A stretch of 64,000 nt of DNA from Desulfuromonadales bacterium (GTDB lineage Bacteria; Desulfobacterota; Desulfuromonadia; Desulfuromonadales; SZUA-540): assembly GCA_033549025.1 (NCBI GenBank), contig JAWSUS010000008.1, forward strand, positions 32,001-96,000, read 5' to 3'. This document shows positions 55,598-64,000 of the stretch, piece after piece. Position numbers and translations under genes: made by a program. Positions within the stretch are counted from its first letter, which is position 1, and every line of letters starts with the position of its first letter. A model generated the notes under the pieces. That model saw nothing but the letters and a program-made list of their open reading frames with translations, searched no databases and was not told where the DNA came from.

Positions 55598-56016
55598 AAA
55601 TGAAGCCGACCATTACCGTAGCCGACAACGGCAACCTGCAGATCCACATCCCGATGCTGATCCGGCGCATGCGTGGCCGCAAGACGGTCATCGCGCCCCA
55701 GGCCCTGGACGGAGCGATCTCTGGTGCGCAGGAGCCGGTGCAGTCCGCCGTCCTCCAGGCACTGGCAAGGGCCTTTTCCTGGGCCGACATCCTCGAATCC
55801 GGCCAGATCAAGTCCATCAGCGAGCTTGCCCGTACCCTCGACGTCGATGGCTCGTATGTGGCCCGCATCCTCAAGCTGACGACTCTGGCCCCCGACATCG
55901 TAGAAGCCCTGATCAACGGCGAGGAACCCAACGGGCTCTCGCTGGCCAAGCTGACCCAGACCTTCCCTGAAGACTGGGTCGAGCAGCGCCGCCAGTTCGG
56001 CTTCGCCACCGACTGA
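55594..56016 (+). CDS. Recombinase-associated small HTH protein
   Basis: SISELAR...SYVARILKLTTLAPDIVEALING...W.EQR. Confidence 0.75.
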   Translation: MKMKPTITVADNGNLQIHIPMLIRRMRGRKTVIAPQALDGAISGAQEPVQSAVLQALARAFSWADILESGQIKSISELARTLDVDGSYVARILKLTTLAPDIVEALINGEEPNGLSLAKLTQTFPEDWVEQRRQFGFATD

Positions 56017-56042
56017 CGACCGGACCGGAGACCACCCCAGAG

Positions 56043-56073
56043 AGCCGACCATCAGCGTCGGCTTTTCTTCTTT
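56043..56073 (+). terminator. Intrinsic terminator
   Basis: AGCCGAC-N7-GTCGGCT followed by TTTCTTCTTT. Confidence 0.7.
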
Positions 56074-56437
56074 GGGGGGGGCAGGAAACCGGAGTTGACC
56101 ACACTTCTTTTCATGGGCGAAGCGGGTGATTTCGAAAAAAACGTCCGGTTGCGGCATCGAGCGATGACCTAAGACAACCGCCCAAAACGGCAACAAGCCG
56201 CAAACCCATATCAATCAAGGATGTAGCTTCCCGGACGAGCTTCGGACTTGGTCCGGAGAAAACAGAGAATCAGGGGCCAAACAGAGAAAGAAAGGCGGGA
56301 GGATGGGGAGAATCGATGGTGCGGAGAGGTGCTTTGGAAAGATGTGAAACGGGCGCAACCCCTTTAGAAACAAGGGGAAAAAGAAAACCCGTCACCCCGG
56401 AGAATGACCCCAGAGAGACGGGTTTGTCTTTTCTAAA

Positions 56438-56793
56438 TGGTGGAGGTGGCGGGAATCGAACCCGCGTCCGAAAACCTTTCACGTAAGGCTTCTACATGCT
56501 TAGTCGGTGTTTTGAGTTTAACCCGGAACCGCTCCCACAGACAGGATTTGAACCGGGCGAGTCTGCTTTATTTCGCCTCTGCACCGCAGTCACTTGCAGA
56601 GACTAGCCCACTAAATTGACGTCTCAGACCCTACGCGGGCGATAAGGAAAGAGACGAGGCAGCAATTAAGCTGCCAGTGCGTACGAAACGTCAGAGTCGG
56701 CGTTTGTATTGTTGCCAGTTTTTTAACGAGGCCCACTGGCGTCCCCGGCATGCCACCTTCGCTTCCGATCCCCGTCGAAACCTTGACACCCCC
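56438..56793 (-). ncRNA. ssrA: tmRNA
   Basis: 5' GGGGGTGTCAAGGTTTCGAC, 3' GGTTCGATTCCCGCCACCTCCACCA, tag ORF ADSDVSYALAA*, downstream of smpB. Confidence 0.97.
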
Positions 56794-56907
56794 TTTGAAA
56801 TATACGGAGTTAAGCGAACTGGGTGAGGCGCGAAATCAACGCCTCATAAACTTGTTTAACTTTTATACCACAAGTGCCCGAAAAATCCAAGGAAAGTTTT
56901 ACTTGCC

Positions 56908-57369
56908 CTATTCCTCACGCCTTACGTTTTTAAAGGCCTTGGCCATCTCGCGGTCGGCCTCTTTCTGCTTGAGAGATTCGCGTTTGTCGTGCAGTTTCTT
57001 GCCCCGCCCGATGCCGATCTCCAGTTTGACGCGGCTGTCCTTGAGATAAATCCTGGTCGGCACCAGCGAAAGGCCTTTTTCATCGACTTTGCGAATAATT
57101 TTATTGATCTCTTCGCGATGCAGCAGCAGTTTGCGCACCCGCGTGGGGTCGACATTTTCGCGGTTGCCCTGCTCGTAAGGACTGATGTTCATATTGTTGA
57201 TGAAGATCTCCCCGTCCTTGATGCGGCAGAAGGATTCCTTGATATTGACCTTGCCCAGGCGCAGCGACTTGACTTCGGTGCCGGTAAGGACCATGCCGGC
57301 CTCGTAGACTTCGTCGATGAAGTAGTCGTGGTAGGCCTTTTTATTATTGGCGATAATCTTGATTCCCAT
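56908..57369 (-). CDS. smpB: SsrA-binding protein
   Basis: [38 protein letters not shown]. Confidence 0.98.
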   Translation of the reverse strand: MGIKIIANNKKAYHDYFIDEVYEAGMVLTGTEVKSLRLGKVNIKESFCRIKDGEIFINNMNISPYEQGNRENVDPTRVRKLLLHREEINKIIRKVDEKGLSLVPTRIYLKDSRVKLEIGIGRGKKLHDKRESLKQKEADREMAKAFKNVRREE

Positions 57370-57374
57370 AAATC

Positions 57375-57836
57375 CTATCCGCCCGCAGGCAGGTCTTCGT
57401 CGTCAACAATCTCGGTAATATGAGGCATGAAGGATTCGCGGGCCAGAGTGCGGGTTCCCACCCGGATAATCAGGAACGACCCGACCAGAAAAGCGACCCC
57501 GATGATCGCGGAGAGCAGGTTGGGGTCGGGACCGTTTTCGAGCCATTCACCGACGGCCAGGCCGGCGACAGCGCCGATGACCAGGGCAATCAGGGGAACG
57601 ATATACAGCATGAAGGACGACTGCAGAAACGTCTTGGTGCTGGTAACGAGCCGCACCCGGTCCCCCACCTTGGCGCCGAGGCGATTATGCGCTTCGACCA
57701 GCATGGATTTGTTGTCATTGCCGACCTGGCACAACCCGTTGGAAGCGCAGTGTTTGCAAAAAGAGCCTTTCTGGCACAGGACAAGAGCCACAGCCTTGCC
57801 CTTGATCTCGACAACGGTTCCAACCTCTTCCATCAT
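57375..57836 (-). CDS. RseC/MucC-family membrane protein
   Basis: [30 protein letters not shown], two TM helices. Confidence 0.85.
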   Translation of the reverse strand: MMEEVGTVVEIKGKAVALVLCQKGSFCKHCASNGLCQVGNDNKSMLVEAHNRLGAKVGDRVRLVTSTKTFLQSSFMLYIVPLIALVIGAVAGLAVGEWLENGPDPNLLSAIIGVAFLVGSFLIIRVGTRTLARESFMPHITEIVDDEDLPAGG

Positions 57837-57929
57837 GGGGCACCTCGGGATATCGTCTGGTTCCAGCGGCGGCGTCAATTTCCGCCCTGGCTCTACCCGG
57901 TTTTGCGAAGGTCGAATTATACGGGGTGA

Positions 57930-59198
57930 TCAGGCTTTTTGCAAGACATCCCTGCCGCAGAGGTAGAGGCTGCTGACCTCTTCACTGCGGCCAGGCTGGC
58001 AGAGAAAATCAAGGAGGCCAGCGGCTGAAGGCAGCCTCTGCGGACGGAGAATCTGGAAGTGTGCCCCGTAACCCGCCTGCAGACAGCCCATCTCGCCTTC
58101 AAGGCCAAGGGCGCGGGCGCCATCGGCCGTGGCCATGACCAGCAACGCCGCGGGGGTGAGAGACCCCTCGAACCAGTCGAGGGCAAAAGCCATTTCGTCC
58201 CAGATGGACAGGGTGTCGCAACTGGCCAGACTGTCCGTACCCAGCACGAGGGGCACGCCGGCCTGGCAATAAAGGGACACGGGGGCTTTGCCCACGCCCA
58301 GGCGGGCATTGGAGCGGGGACACAGAGCCAGGGTCACCTTGTTTTGACGCAGCAGGCACACATCCTCCTCATCGACCTGAACCCCATGCGCCAGCATGGT
58401 TGAAGGCAGCAGGCCGCCGCGCTCATACAGATAGGCGGTTGGCGTGCGGTGGGCCGGGGGCGGAACCTCCTGCTGCCAGCCCACGTAGGGATAGAAGACC
58501 TGGGCCAGATCCCCGCCAGAGGAATCAAGAAAAGTTCGTTCTTCGACCGATTCCCCCAGGTGGATAGACAGAGGAGCCTGCTGACGCCGGGCAAAATCCA
58601 CCACCTCCTCCATGTAGCGGTCGGACAGGGTGTAGGGCGAGTGCGGCGAGAGCCCGAGCATCAGGTGCCCCGCCCTGCCCTCGCGCAGCATATCGCCGAC
58701 GGCCTTGAGCAACCGCCGCCCCTGCTCAGGATGACGACCGAGGGTTTCCAGATAGAGGGTGCCGAACAGCGGCGCCTGCCGGTAGGCAAGGCGGGCGGGA
58801 AACCAGGAGAGGATATCGCCAACGGCGCCCGTGCCGGCAGCCAGACTTCGCCGGATGCCGTCTTCCAGGGAAGGCAGATAGAGCTGCGGGTCGAGGCCGC
58901 GCTTGACCCGGACAACCTGCAGAATCCAGTCGACGAAGGTGGCGGGTGTTGCGATCTCGCCCTTGCGCCTGGCCCAGTCGGGAAAATGGGTGAGTTCGAG
59001 GTGGGTGTGGGCGTTGACCAGCGGCGGCAGCAGGATACCGTCGGGAAAATCAACTTTTTGAGCCTGGGGATAGGCTGCCAGCAGCTCCGGACGGGAACCG
59101 ACGGCAAGCAGGCGTCCATCCCGCACGGCGATGGCACCATCCTCCAGCGGTGGCGCGCTGATAGGCAGAACGAAGCGGGCGGTATAGAGAGTCACCAT
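57930..59198 (-). CDS. Metal-dependent amidohydrolase/deaminase
   Basis: NAHTHLE, SPHSPY, HLGES, AHGV, CPRSN, GTDS. Confidence 0.9.
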   Translation of the reverse strand: MVTLYTARFVLPISAPPLEDGAIAVRDGRLLAVGSRPELLAAYPQAQKVDFPDGILLPPLVNAHTHLELTHFPDWARRKGEIATPATFVDWILQVVRVKRGLDPQLYLPSLEDGIRRSLAAGTGAVGDILSWFPARLAYRQAPLFGTLYLETLGRHPEQGRRLLKAVGDMLREGRAGHLMLGLSPHSPYTLSDRYMEEVVDFARRQQAPLSIHLGESVEERTFLDSSGGDLAQVFYPYVGWQQEVPPPAHRTPTAYLYERGGLLPSTMLAHGVQVDEEDVCLLRQNKVTLALCPRSNARLGVGKAPVSLYCQAGVPLVLGTDSLASCDTLSIWDEMAFALDWFEGSLTPAALLVMATADGARALGLEGEMGCLQAGYGAHFQILRPQRLPSAAGLLDFLCQPGRSEEVSSLYLCGRDVLQKA

Positions 59199-59207
59199 GA
59201 CGAGCGA

Positions 59208-60869
59208 TCAACCGGCTTTCTGGGCCGAGTGCGGCAACCGCAGGATATCACGGATCTGCCGCAGCAGCTCCTGAGTCTCCTCATGCTGCACGAGGTCGCA
59301 CTGTTCCTGCAGGACCTCATCGAGGATGTCGTCGGTGGTCAGGGGATTGGCCAGCACCACCCGGAAGACCGTAAGGGTCGCATGGCCATAGCGCGCAAAG
59401 CGAAGACTGGTACGCGAAACAAAGGTGTTGCCGACTTCCCGCTGCTCTTTCTGAATCAGGCGGGTGATCTGGTCGAGCAGATCGTTGACCTGTCCCAGGC
59501 TCTCTGGCGGCGCCTGGGACAGCACGGCCTGCACATCAGCCGGATTGTAGCGGTAGGTCAGGATGTTCAGCTCCGGTTCGGACATGAGTTCGAAATCGGG
59601 ATGCCTGCGGATCTTGTCGGCAAAGGTGCGGGCCCGGGCGATGCCCAGGTCGATGAGAAGTTCGTAACCCTTGCGCCCAATGATGGACAGGCCGGCATGG
59701 ACCAGCATCGACTTGCCGGGCCGGGAACCTTCCAGGGTGTGACTGCCCAGATCCTTGGAGCCATGGCGCAGGATATAGGCGGCATGGTGTTCGATTGCGG
59801 TCAGGGCGGCGGGATCCTTGAAGAGCACCATGCCGGCGCCCATGGGGACGTAGAGCTGTTTGTGCGCGTCAATGGTGACCGAGTCGGCCCGTTCAATCCC
59901 GCGGAGAAGATGCCGGTGGTTTTGGGAAAAGAGGGTGGGCCCGCCCCAGGCCGCGTCGACATGGAAATGGCAGCCGATCTCCCCGGCGTAGTCGGCCATG
60001 GCTTCCAGAGGATCGACATTGCCGGTCTCGGTGGTGCCGGCGATGCCGATCAGCGCCATGGGACGAATGTTGCTGTCCCGCAACCGCTCGACCTGCAGGC
60101 GCAGATGGCCCATATCCATGCGGTTGTTGTCATCCGTTTCCACCAGGACCAGGTTGTCGCGCCCGATGCCCAGCACGTCGGCGGCCTTGCCCAGGCTGTA
60201 ATGCCCGCGCCGTGAAACCAGGATCGCCAGCCCCTGGTAGCCCAGATGCTCAATGGCCCGAAAAAGCCCTTCCTGGGCAATGCCGCGAAAATCGCCGGAC
60301 GGGCCGCACAGACGGTTGCGGGCGGTCCACAGGGCCGTCACGTTGGCGATCGTCCCCCCGGAACAGAAAGCTCCGAGCGCCTGGTCGCTTTCGTGGATCC
60401 AGCGGGTGTAAAAGTGGTCGTTTTCGGCGTAAATAAGACGGTGCAGCATGGCCAGCACCTGGCGTTCCATCGGCGTAAAAGCCTTGGAAGTTTCCACCTT
60501 GACGAGATTCTGGTTGAGTGCCGTCATGATCCGCGACAACGGAAGCATGAAATAGGGCAGCGCCGAGGTCATGTGACCGATGAAGCTGGGCGAGGCGGTA
60601 TGGACCGACTGGGCTACCAGCTTCTCCTTGACGAAGTCGGTGTAGTCGGAAACGTAGGTCGGATCTTCAGGGATGTGGGAATCGGAAAAATCTTCCTCGA
60701 TCTCTTCCAGACTGCGTTCCAGAGCGACGATGTGTTCCTGCAGAAAACCGGTGACGTTGTCGGAAATCGCCCTGTCCACCTCGCCGAGTGTGGAATCGGG
60801 GCTTTCAGGGACGGTGAAAATACGGTACAGGTTTTCCAGGTTGGCCTTGGCGAGTTCTCGCGGTGTCAT
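59208..60869 (-). CDS. panP: PLP-dependent aspartate 1-decarboxylase (group II)
   Basis: FIGHMTSALPYF, NQNLVKVETSKAFT, HVDAAWGG, DAHKQ; follows panB-panC; start ATG 60869. Confidence 0.88.
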   Translation of the reverse strand: MTPRELAKANLENLYRIFTVPESPDSTLGEVDRAISDNVTGFLQEHIVALERSLEEIEEDFSDSHIPEDPTYVSDYTDFVKEKLVAQSVHTASPSFIGHMTSALPYFMLPLSRIMTALNQNLVKVETSKAFTPMERQVLAMLHRLIYAENDHFYTRWIHESDQALGAFCSGGTIANVTALWTARNRLCGPSGDFRGIAQEGLFRAIEHLGYQGLAILVSRRGHYSLGKAADVLGIGRDNLVLVETDDNNRMDMGHLRLQVERLRDSNIRPMALIGIAGTTETGNVDPLEAMADYAGEIGCHFHVDAAWGGPTLFSQNHRHLLRGIERADSVTIDAHKQLYVPMGAGMVLFKDPAALTAIEHHAAYILRHGSKDLGSHTLEGSRPGKSMLVHAGLSIIGRKGYELLIDLGIARARTFADKIRRHPDFELMSEPELNILTYRYNPADVQAVLSQAPPESLGQVNDLLDQITRLIQKEQREVGNTFVSRTSLRFARYGHATLTVFRVVLANPLTTDDILDEVLQEQCDLVQHEETQELLRQIRDILRLPHSAQKAG

Positions 60870-60886
60870 CGCATCCTCTTCGGATC

Positions 60887-61786
60887 TCAGCCTCGGGATG
60901 GGGCCGAATCCAGCAAAAAGCCGTTGTCGATCAGGCGGGTCTGGCCGATAAAGACCGCCAGCAGCAGGACGGAATCCGGGTCGATCGTGGCCTGCTGCTG
61001 CAGGGTCTGCTGATGGCAGATCTGAAGGTAATCGATGCGGGCTTCGGGCATGGCGGTAATAAGCTGCGTCAGCTCGGCAATGACCGCATCGGCCGCGGTC
61101 TGGCCCCGGGCGGCCATCTGTCTGGCCGCCGCCAGAGCGCGGGAGAGCACCAGGGCCTGTCGACGCTGCTCGTCGCTCAGATAGACGTTGCGTGAGCTCA
61201 TGGCCAGCCCGTCCGCCTCGCGCACGATGGGCATGCCGACGACATCGACGGGCAGATTGAGATCCATAGCCATGCGGCGGATAACGGCCAGCTGCTGGAA
61301 ATCCTTCTGACCGAAGAGCGCCACATGGGGCTGCACGATGGTGAACAATTTGGTCACCACCGTCGTGACGCCACGGAAATGGCCGGGGCGGCTGGCGCCG
61401 CACAGCACCTCCGTCAACCCTTCGACATCGACATAGGTGGCATAGCCCCGCGGATACATGTCGCTGGCCACGGGCGCGAAGATCAGGTCGGCTCCCGCTG
61501 TCGCCGCCAGGGCGGCGTCCCGGTCGAGATCGCGGGGATAGTTGTCGAAGTCTTCGCCGGCACCGAACTGGGTCGGGTTGACGAATATCGACAGGACCAG
61601 CACATCCCCCCGCCGGCGGCCCTCCCGCAGCAGCGAAAGGTGCCCTTCGTGCAGCCAGCCCATGGTCGGCACAAAGGCGATGCGCTTGCCCGCTTCACGC
61701 AGAGCCAGGCAGCGCTGCTGCATCTCGTCGACAGAACGGACAATCTCTGGAGTCTTATTCACGGCGCTGGTCATGCCTGCCCTCAC
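60887..61786 (-). CDS. panC: Pantoate-beta-alanine ligase
   Basis: [33 protein letters not shown]. Confidence 0.97.
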   Translation of the reverse strand: MRAGMTSAVNKTPEIVRSVDEMQQRCLALREAGKRIAFVPTMGWLHEGHLSLLREGRRRGDVLVLSIFVNPTQFGAGEDFDNYPRDLDRDAALAATAGADLIFAPVASDMYPRGYATYVDVEGLTEVLCGASRPGHFRGVTTVVTKLFTIVQPHVALFGQKDFQQLAVIRRMAMDLNLPVDVVGMPIVREADGLAMSSRNVYLSDEQRRQALVLSRALAAARQMAARGQTAADAVIAELTQLITAMPEARIDYLQICHQQTLQQQATIDPDSVLLLAVFIGQTRLIDNGFLLDSAPSRG

Positions 61787-62586
61787 TTGAAGCTGTGCTC
61801 GGGGCCGGGAAAAGTCCCGTCCTTGACTTCACGAATATAGTCGCCGATGCCCTGGCTGATGGTTTCGGAGACATCGGCAAAGCGTTTGACGAACTTGGGC
61901 GAGTATTTCTCGCAGAGCCCGAGAATATCGTGGATGACCAGCACCTGTCCGTCACAGTGGATCCCGGCGCCGATCCCGATGGTCGGGATGGGAACCGCCT
62001 CCGAGATCTGCCGGGCCAGCTCAGAAGGTATGCCCTCCAGCACCAGGGCAAAGGCGCCGGCCTTTGCCACCGCTTTGGCGTCGGCCAGCAGCTGGCGCGC
62101 CTGCTCATCCTGGCGTCCCTGCACCCGGTAGCCGCCCATGCGATGAATGGACTGGGGCGTCAGGCCAATATGACCGACCACGGGCACATCCATGGCGACG
62201 ATGGCGGCAATGGTCGCGGCGATGTTCTCGCCTCCCTCGAGCTTGACGGCCTGGGCTCCTCCCTCTTTCACCAGACGCCCGGCATTGAGGCGGGCATCCC
62301 GCATATCGACCTGGTAGGACAGAAAAGGCATGTCGGCAATTATGACGGCGCTGGAACTGCCGCGCACCACGGCGCGCGTATGATAGATCATCTCATCCAT
62401 GGTGACCGGCAGGGTGTTGTCGTAGCCGGCGACCACGGAACCGACGGAATCCCCGACCAGAATCATGTCGATGCCGGCCTGATCCATCAACCGGGCGAAG
62501 GGATAATCGTAGGCCGTCAAAACGGTGATTTTCTCACCGGATTCCTTCATTTTCTGGATATCGAGAATGGACTTCTGTTTATTCAC
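61783..62586 (-). CDS. panB: Ketopantoate hydroxymethyltransferase
   Basis: [31 protein letters not shown]; start approximate (GTG 62586). Confidence 0.97.
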   Translation of the reverse strand: MNKQKSILDIQKMKESGEKITVLTAYDYPFARLMDQAGIDMILVGDSVGSVVAGYDNTLPVTMDEMIYHTRAVVRGSSSAVIIADMPFLSYQVDMRDARLNAGRLVKEGGAQAVKLEGGENIAATIAAIVAMDVPVVGHIGLTPQSIHRMGGYRVQGRQDEQARQLLADAKAVAKAGAFALVLEGIPSELARQISEAVPIPTIGIGAGIHCDGQVLVIHDILGLCEKYSPKFVKRFADVSETISQGIGDYIREVKDGTFPGPEHSFK

Positions 62587-62624
62587 GGCAACTGGTTCCT
62601 TTCGACCATTCAGGCGACCGCCAC

Positions 62625-62740
62625 AAAAAAAAGCCTTCCGGACGGGATCCGAAAGGCATGGGGTCAGCAAGGGCGGCAGACGCCCGTCTTCTTCGTTGCT
62701 TACCTTCCGTCCCGGTCCAAAGATCCAGGCGGTATCTATG
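62625..62740 (-). promoter_or_regulatory. Structured panB leader (pan RNA motif-like) with intrinsic terminator
   Basis: Bulged hairpin CCGCCTGGATC..GGACCGGGACGG, then terminator GCCTTTCGGA-N5-TCCGGAAGGC-T8 (62657-62625). Confidence 0.7.
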
Positions 62741-62922
62741 TATGCGGCTTTTCTGACGTCGGGTTCCCCCGGGCTCCGGTACGGGTTCCGGGCCTTAATG
62801 AAATCGTAAAAAAGCGTTTCTCCCTATAACATACTGAAAAGTGGAGTGTCCACCGCTATATTGTCCCGGCAGACTTCAAACGGGGTTCTTATCGAAAAAA
62901 AACATTAAAAATCGGCCCTGTT

Positions 62923-63501
62923 TCAGGGCTTGAAAAATTTCTTGCCATCACGGTAAGCCTGGGCCTTTTTCTCCCCCAGACTCCAGTATTCGCGAATCCC
63001 CCCCAGATAGACCAGAGGATCAAACGCCAGGGCATCCATCCCCCCGCCGTCTTGAAAAGCCTCCTCACAGGCGTGTATTTCGACAATTTCCCCCAGCAGC
63101 AGGCTGTATTCGCCCAGGGGGATTTCGGAGGTCAGACGGCACTCCACGTTGAGCGGGGATTCGGTCACCAAAGGCGCCTCGACCAGAGAGGCGGATTCCA
63201 GGGTCAGTCCGGCGACAGCCGCCTTGTCCTCTTCGCGCCCGGATTTAAGCCCGCAATAATCCGCCTCAACCGCAAGAGAAGCCGGTACCATATTGATCAC
63301 AAAGGATCGGGTCTCTTTGATGTTCGCGTAGGTTTTTCGTGAATGGTTCAGCGACAGCCCGATGGTGGGCGGGGTCTTGCTGACAATCCCCACCCAGGAG
63401 GCCGTCATCAGGTCGGATGAGCCTTGCCCGTCCACGGAGGAGACCAGGGTGGTCGGTTGCGGGAAGAAGGTCACACAGGGACCGAGCTTTCTTTTCAGCA
63501 T
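62923..63501 (-). CDS. Flavin reductase-family protein
   Basis: PQPTTLVS, CGLKSGREEDK, APLVTESPLNVEC. Confidence 0.88.
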   Translation of the reverse strand: MLKRKLGPCVTFFPQPTTLVSSVDGQGSSDLMTASWVGIVSKTPPTIGLSLNHSRKTYANIKETRSFVINMVPASLAVEADYCGLKSGREEDKAAVAGLTLESASLVEAPLVTESPLNVECRLTSEIPLGEYSLLLGEIVEIHACEEAFQDGGGMDALAFDPLVYLGGIREYWSLGEKKAQAYRDGKKFFKP

Positions 63502-63527
63502 GCAGCATCCTTTCTTTGTTTCAGAAT

Positions 63528-64000
63528 TCAGACACACAGCCCTTCAGCGGCGTTCAACAGAACCGTAAAGGGGTGGAAGTTAACGGCGACCTGGCCCCGC
63601 AAACTCTCTCGCAGGGCCTGAAAGCGGCGCAGTTTCTGTTTGCGAAGGGAGCAGAGGGCGTCGAGATTGCCCTGATGGTCTTTCAGAACCACCCGCACCA
63701 TATCATAGACGACCGTCTCAAAACCTTCCTGCAGGGACCTCCTCGCCATGCGGTCCCAGCGGTCGCGCAGAGGCACCCGTTCCACATCCTTGAGCAGGTC
63801 CCCGTAGCCGAGAAGCTGCCGGATCTCCCTGAAAGCCTGGGCGACGGCGTAAAAATCCCCCCCGGTCTCTTCCGCCAGGGTCATGAGCGGCAGGAAATCG
63901 GCGGCGTGATCGAGCAGGGACAGGTGGTGGGCGACCTCCGTATCAAGTCCGGCTTCGACCAAAGCGGCCGCCTCGTCCTTACAGCCGGCCCAGATCTCGG
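63528..64000 (-). CDS. Probable large NAD-glutamate dehydrogenase, C-terminal part only
   Basis: DRWDRMARRSL motif in a helical C-terminus; ORF runs off the window. Confidence 0.6.
   Translation of the reverse strand, partial: EIWAGCKDEAAALVEAGLDTEVAHHLSLLDHAADFLPLMTLAEETGGDFYAVAQAFREIRQLLGYGDLLKDVERVPLRDRWDRMARRSLQEGFETVVYDMVRVVLKDHQGNLDALCSLRKQKLRRFQALRESLRGQVAVNFHPFTVLLNAAEGLCV

Larger units (their letters stand above)
1..56070. mobile_element. Prophage with contractile tail, adjacent to the 3' end of ssrA; left end lies outside the window
   Basis: Contiguous recombinase, regulation, replication, packaging, head, sheath/tube and baseplate modules; host housekeeping genes start at ssrA. 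att sites not identified. Confidence 0.95.

Noticed and set aside
56438..56480. tRNA gene
   Set aside because: It is the tRNA-like 3' end of tmRNA

Overview
About 1-56.0 kb of this window is the right-hand part of a large contractile-tailed (myovirus-type) prophage, encoded almost entirely on the minus strand and lying next to the 3' end of the host tmRNA gene (ssrA, 56438-56793; tag peptide ADSDVSYALAA, in the style of Desulfuromonadales/deltaproteobacteria). From right to left it carries: a serine-recombinase module (DUF2924-type protein, large serine recombinase, small accessory gene); a LexA-HTH / QatB-like / QueC-like-wHTH cassette where a repressor normally sits; a phage sigma factor; replication and recombination genes (PD-(D/E)XK nuclease, AAA_24/Sak4-like ATPase, DUF669, ERCC4, RecD2, primase-helicase, iteron-rich ori); terminases split by an antisense tyrosine-recombinase cassette with a repeat array; portal; a 1529-aa MuF fusion; a DNA methyltransferase-protease-scaffold fusion; and capsid, tail and baseplate genes. 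The left phage end is outside the window. 56.4-64 kb is host chromosome: ssrA, smpB, RseC-family gene, amidohydrolase, panB-panC-panP operon with a structured leader, flavin reductase and the 3' end of a probable NAD-glutamate dehydrogenase. Main observations: (1) ten copies of a fixed-spacing bipartite motif CCGWC-N15-CCGGTARGTAA ahead of most phage operons, probably the promoter of the phage sigma factor; (2) a QatBC-like pair whose QueC enzyme is fused to a winged-helix domain, in the lysogeny-control position; (3) a methyltransferase fused to the prohead protease/scaffold; (4) a kinase-bearing MuF effector with candidate immunity genes; (5) a 45-bp-period array of palindromic core-type sites behind a tyrosine recombinase. 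Family assignments come from motif recognition by eye, not database searches.
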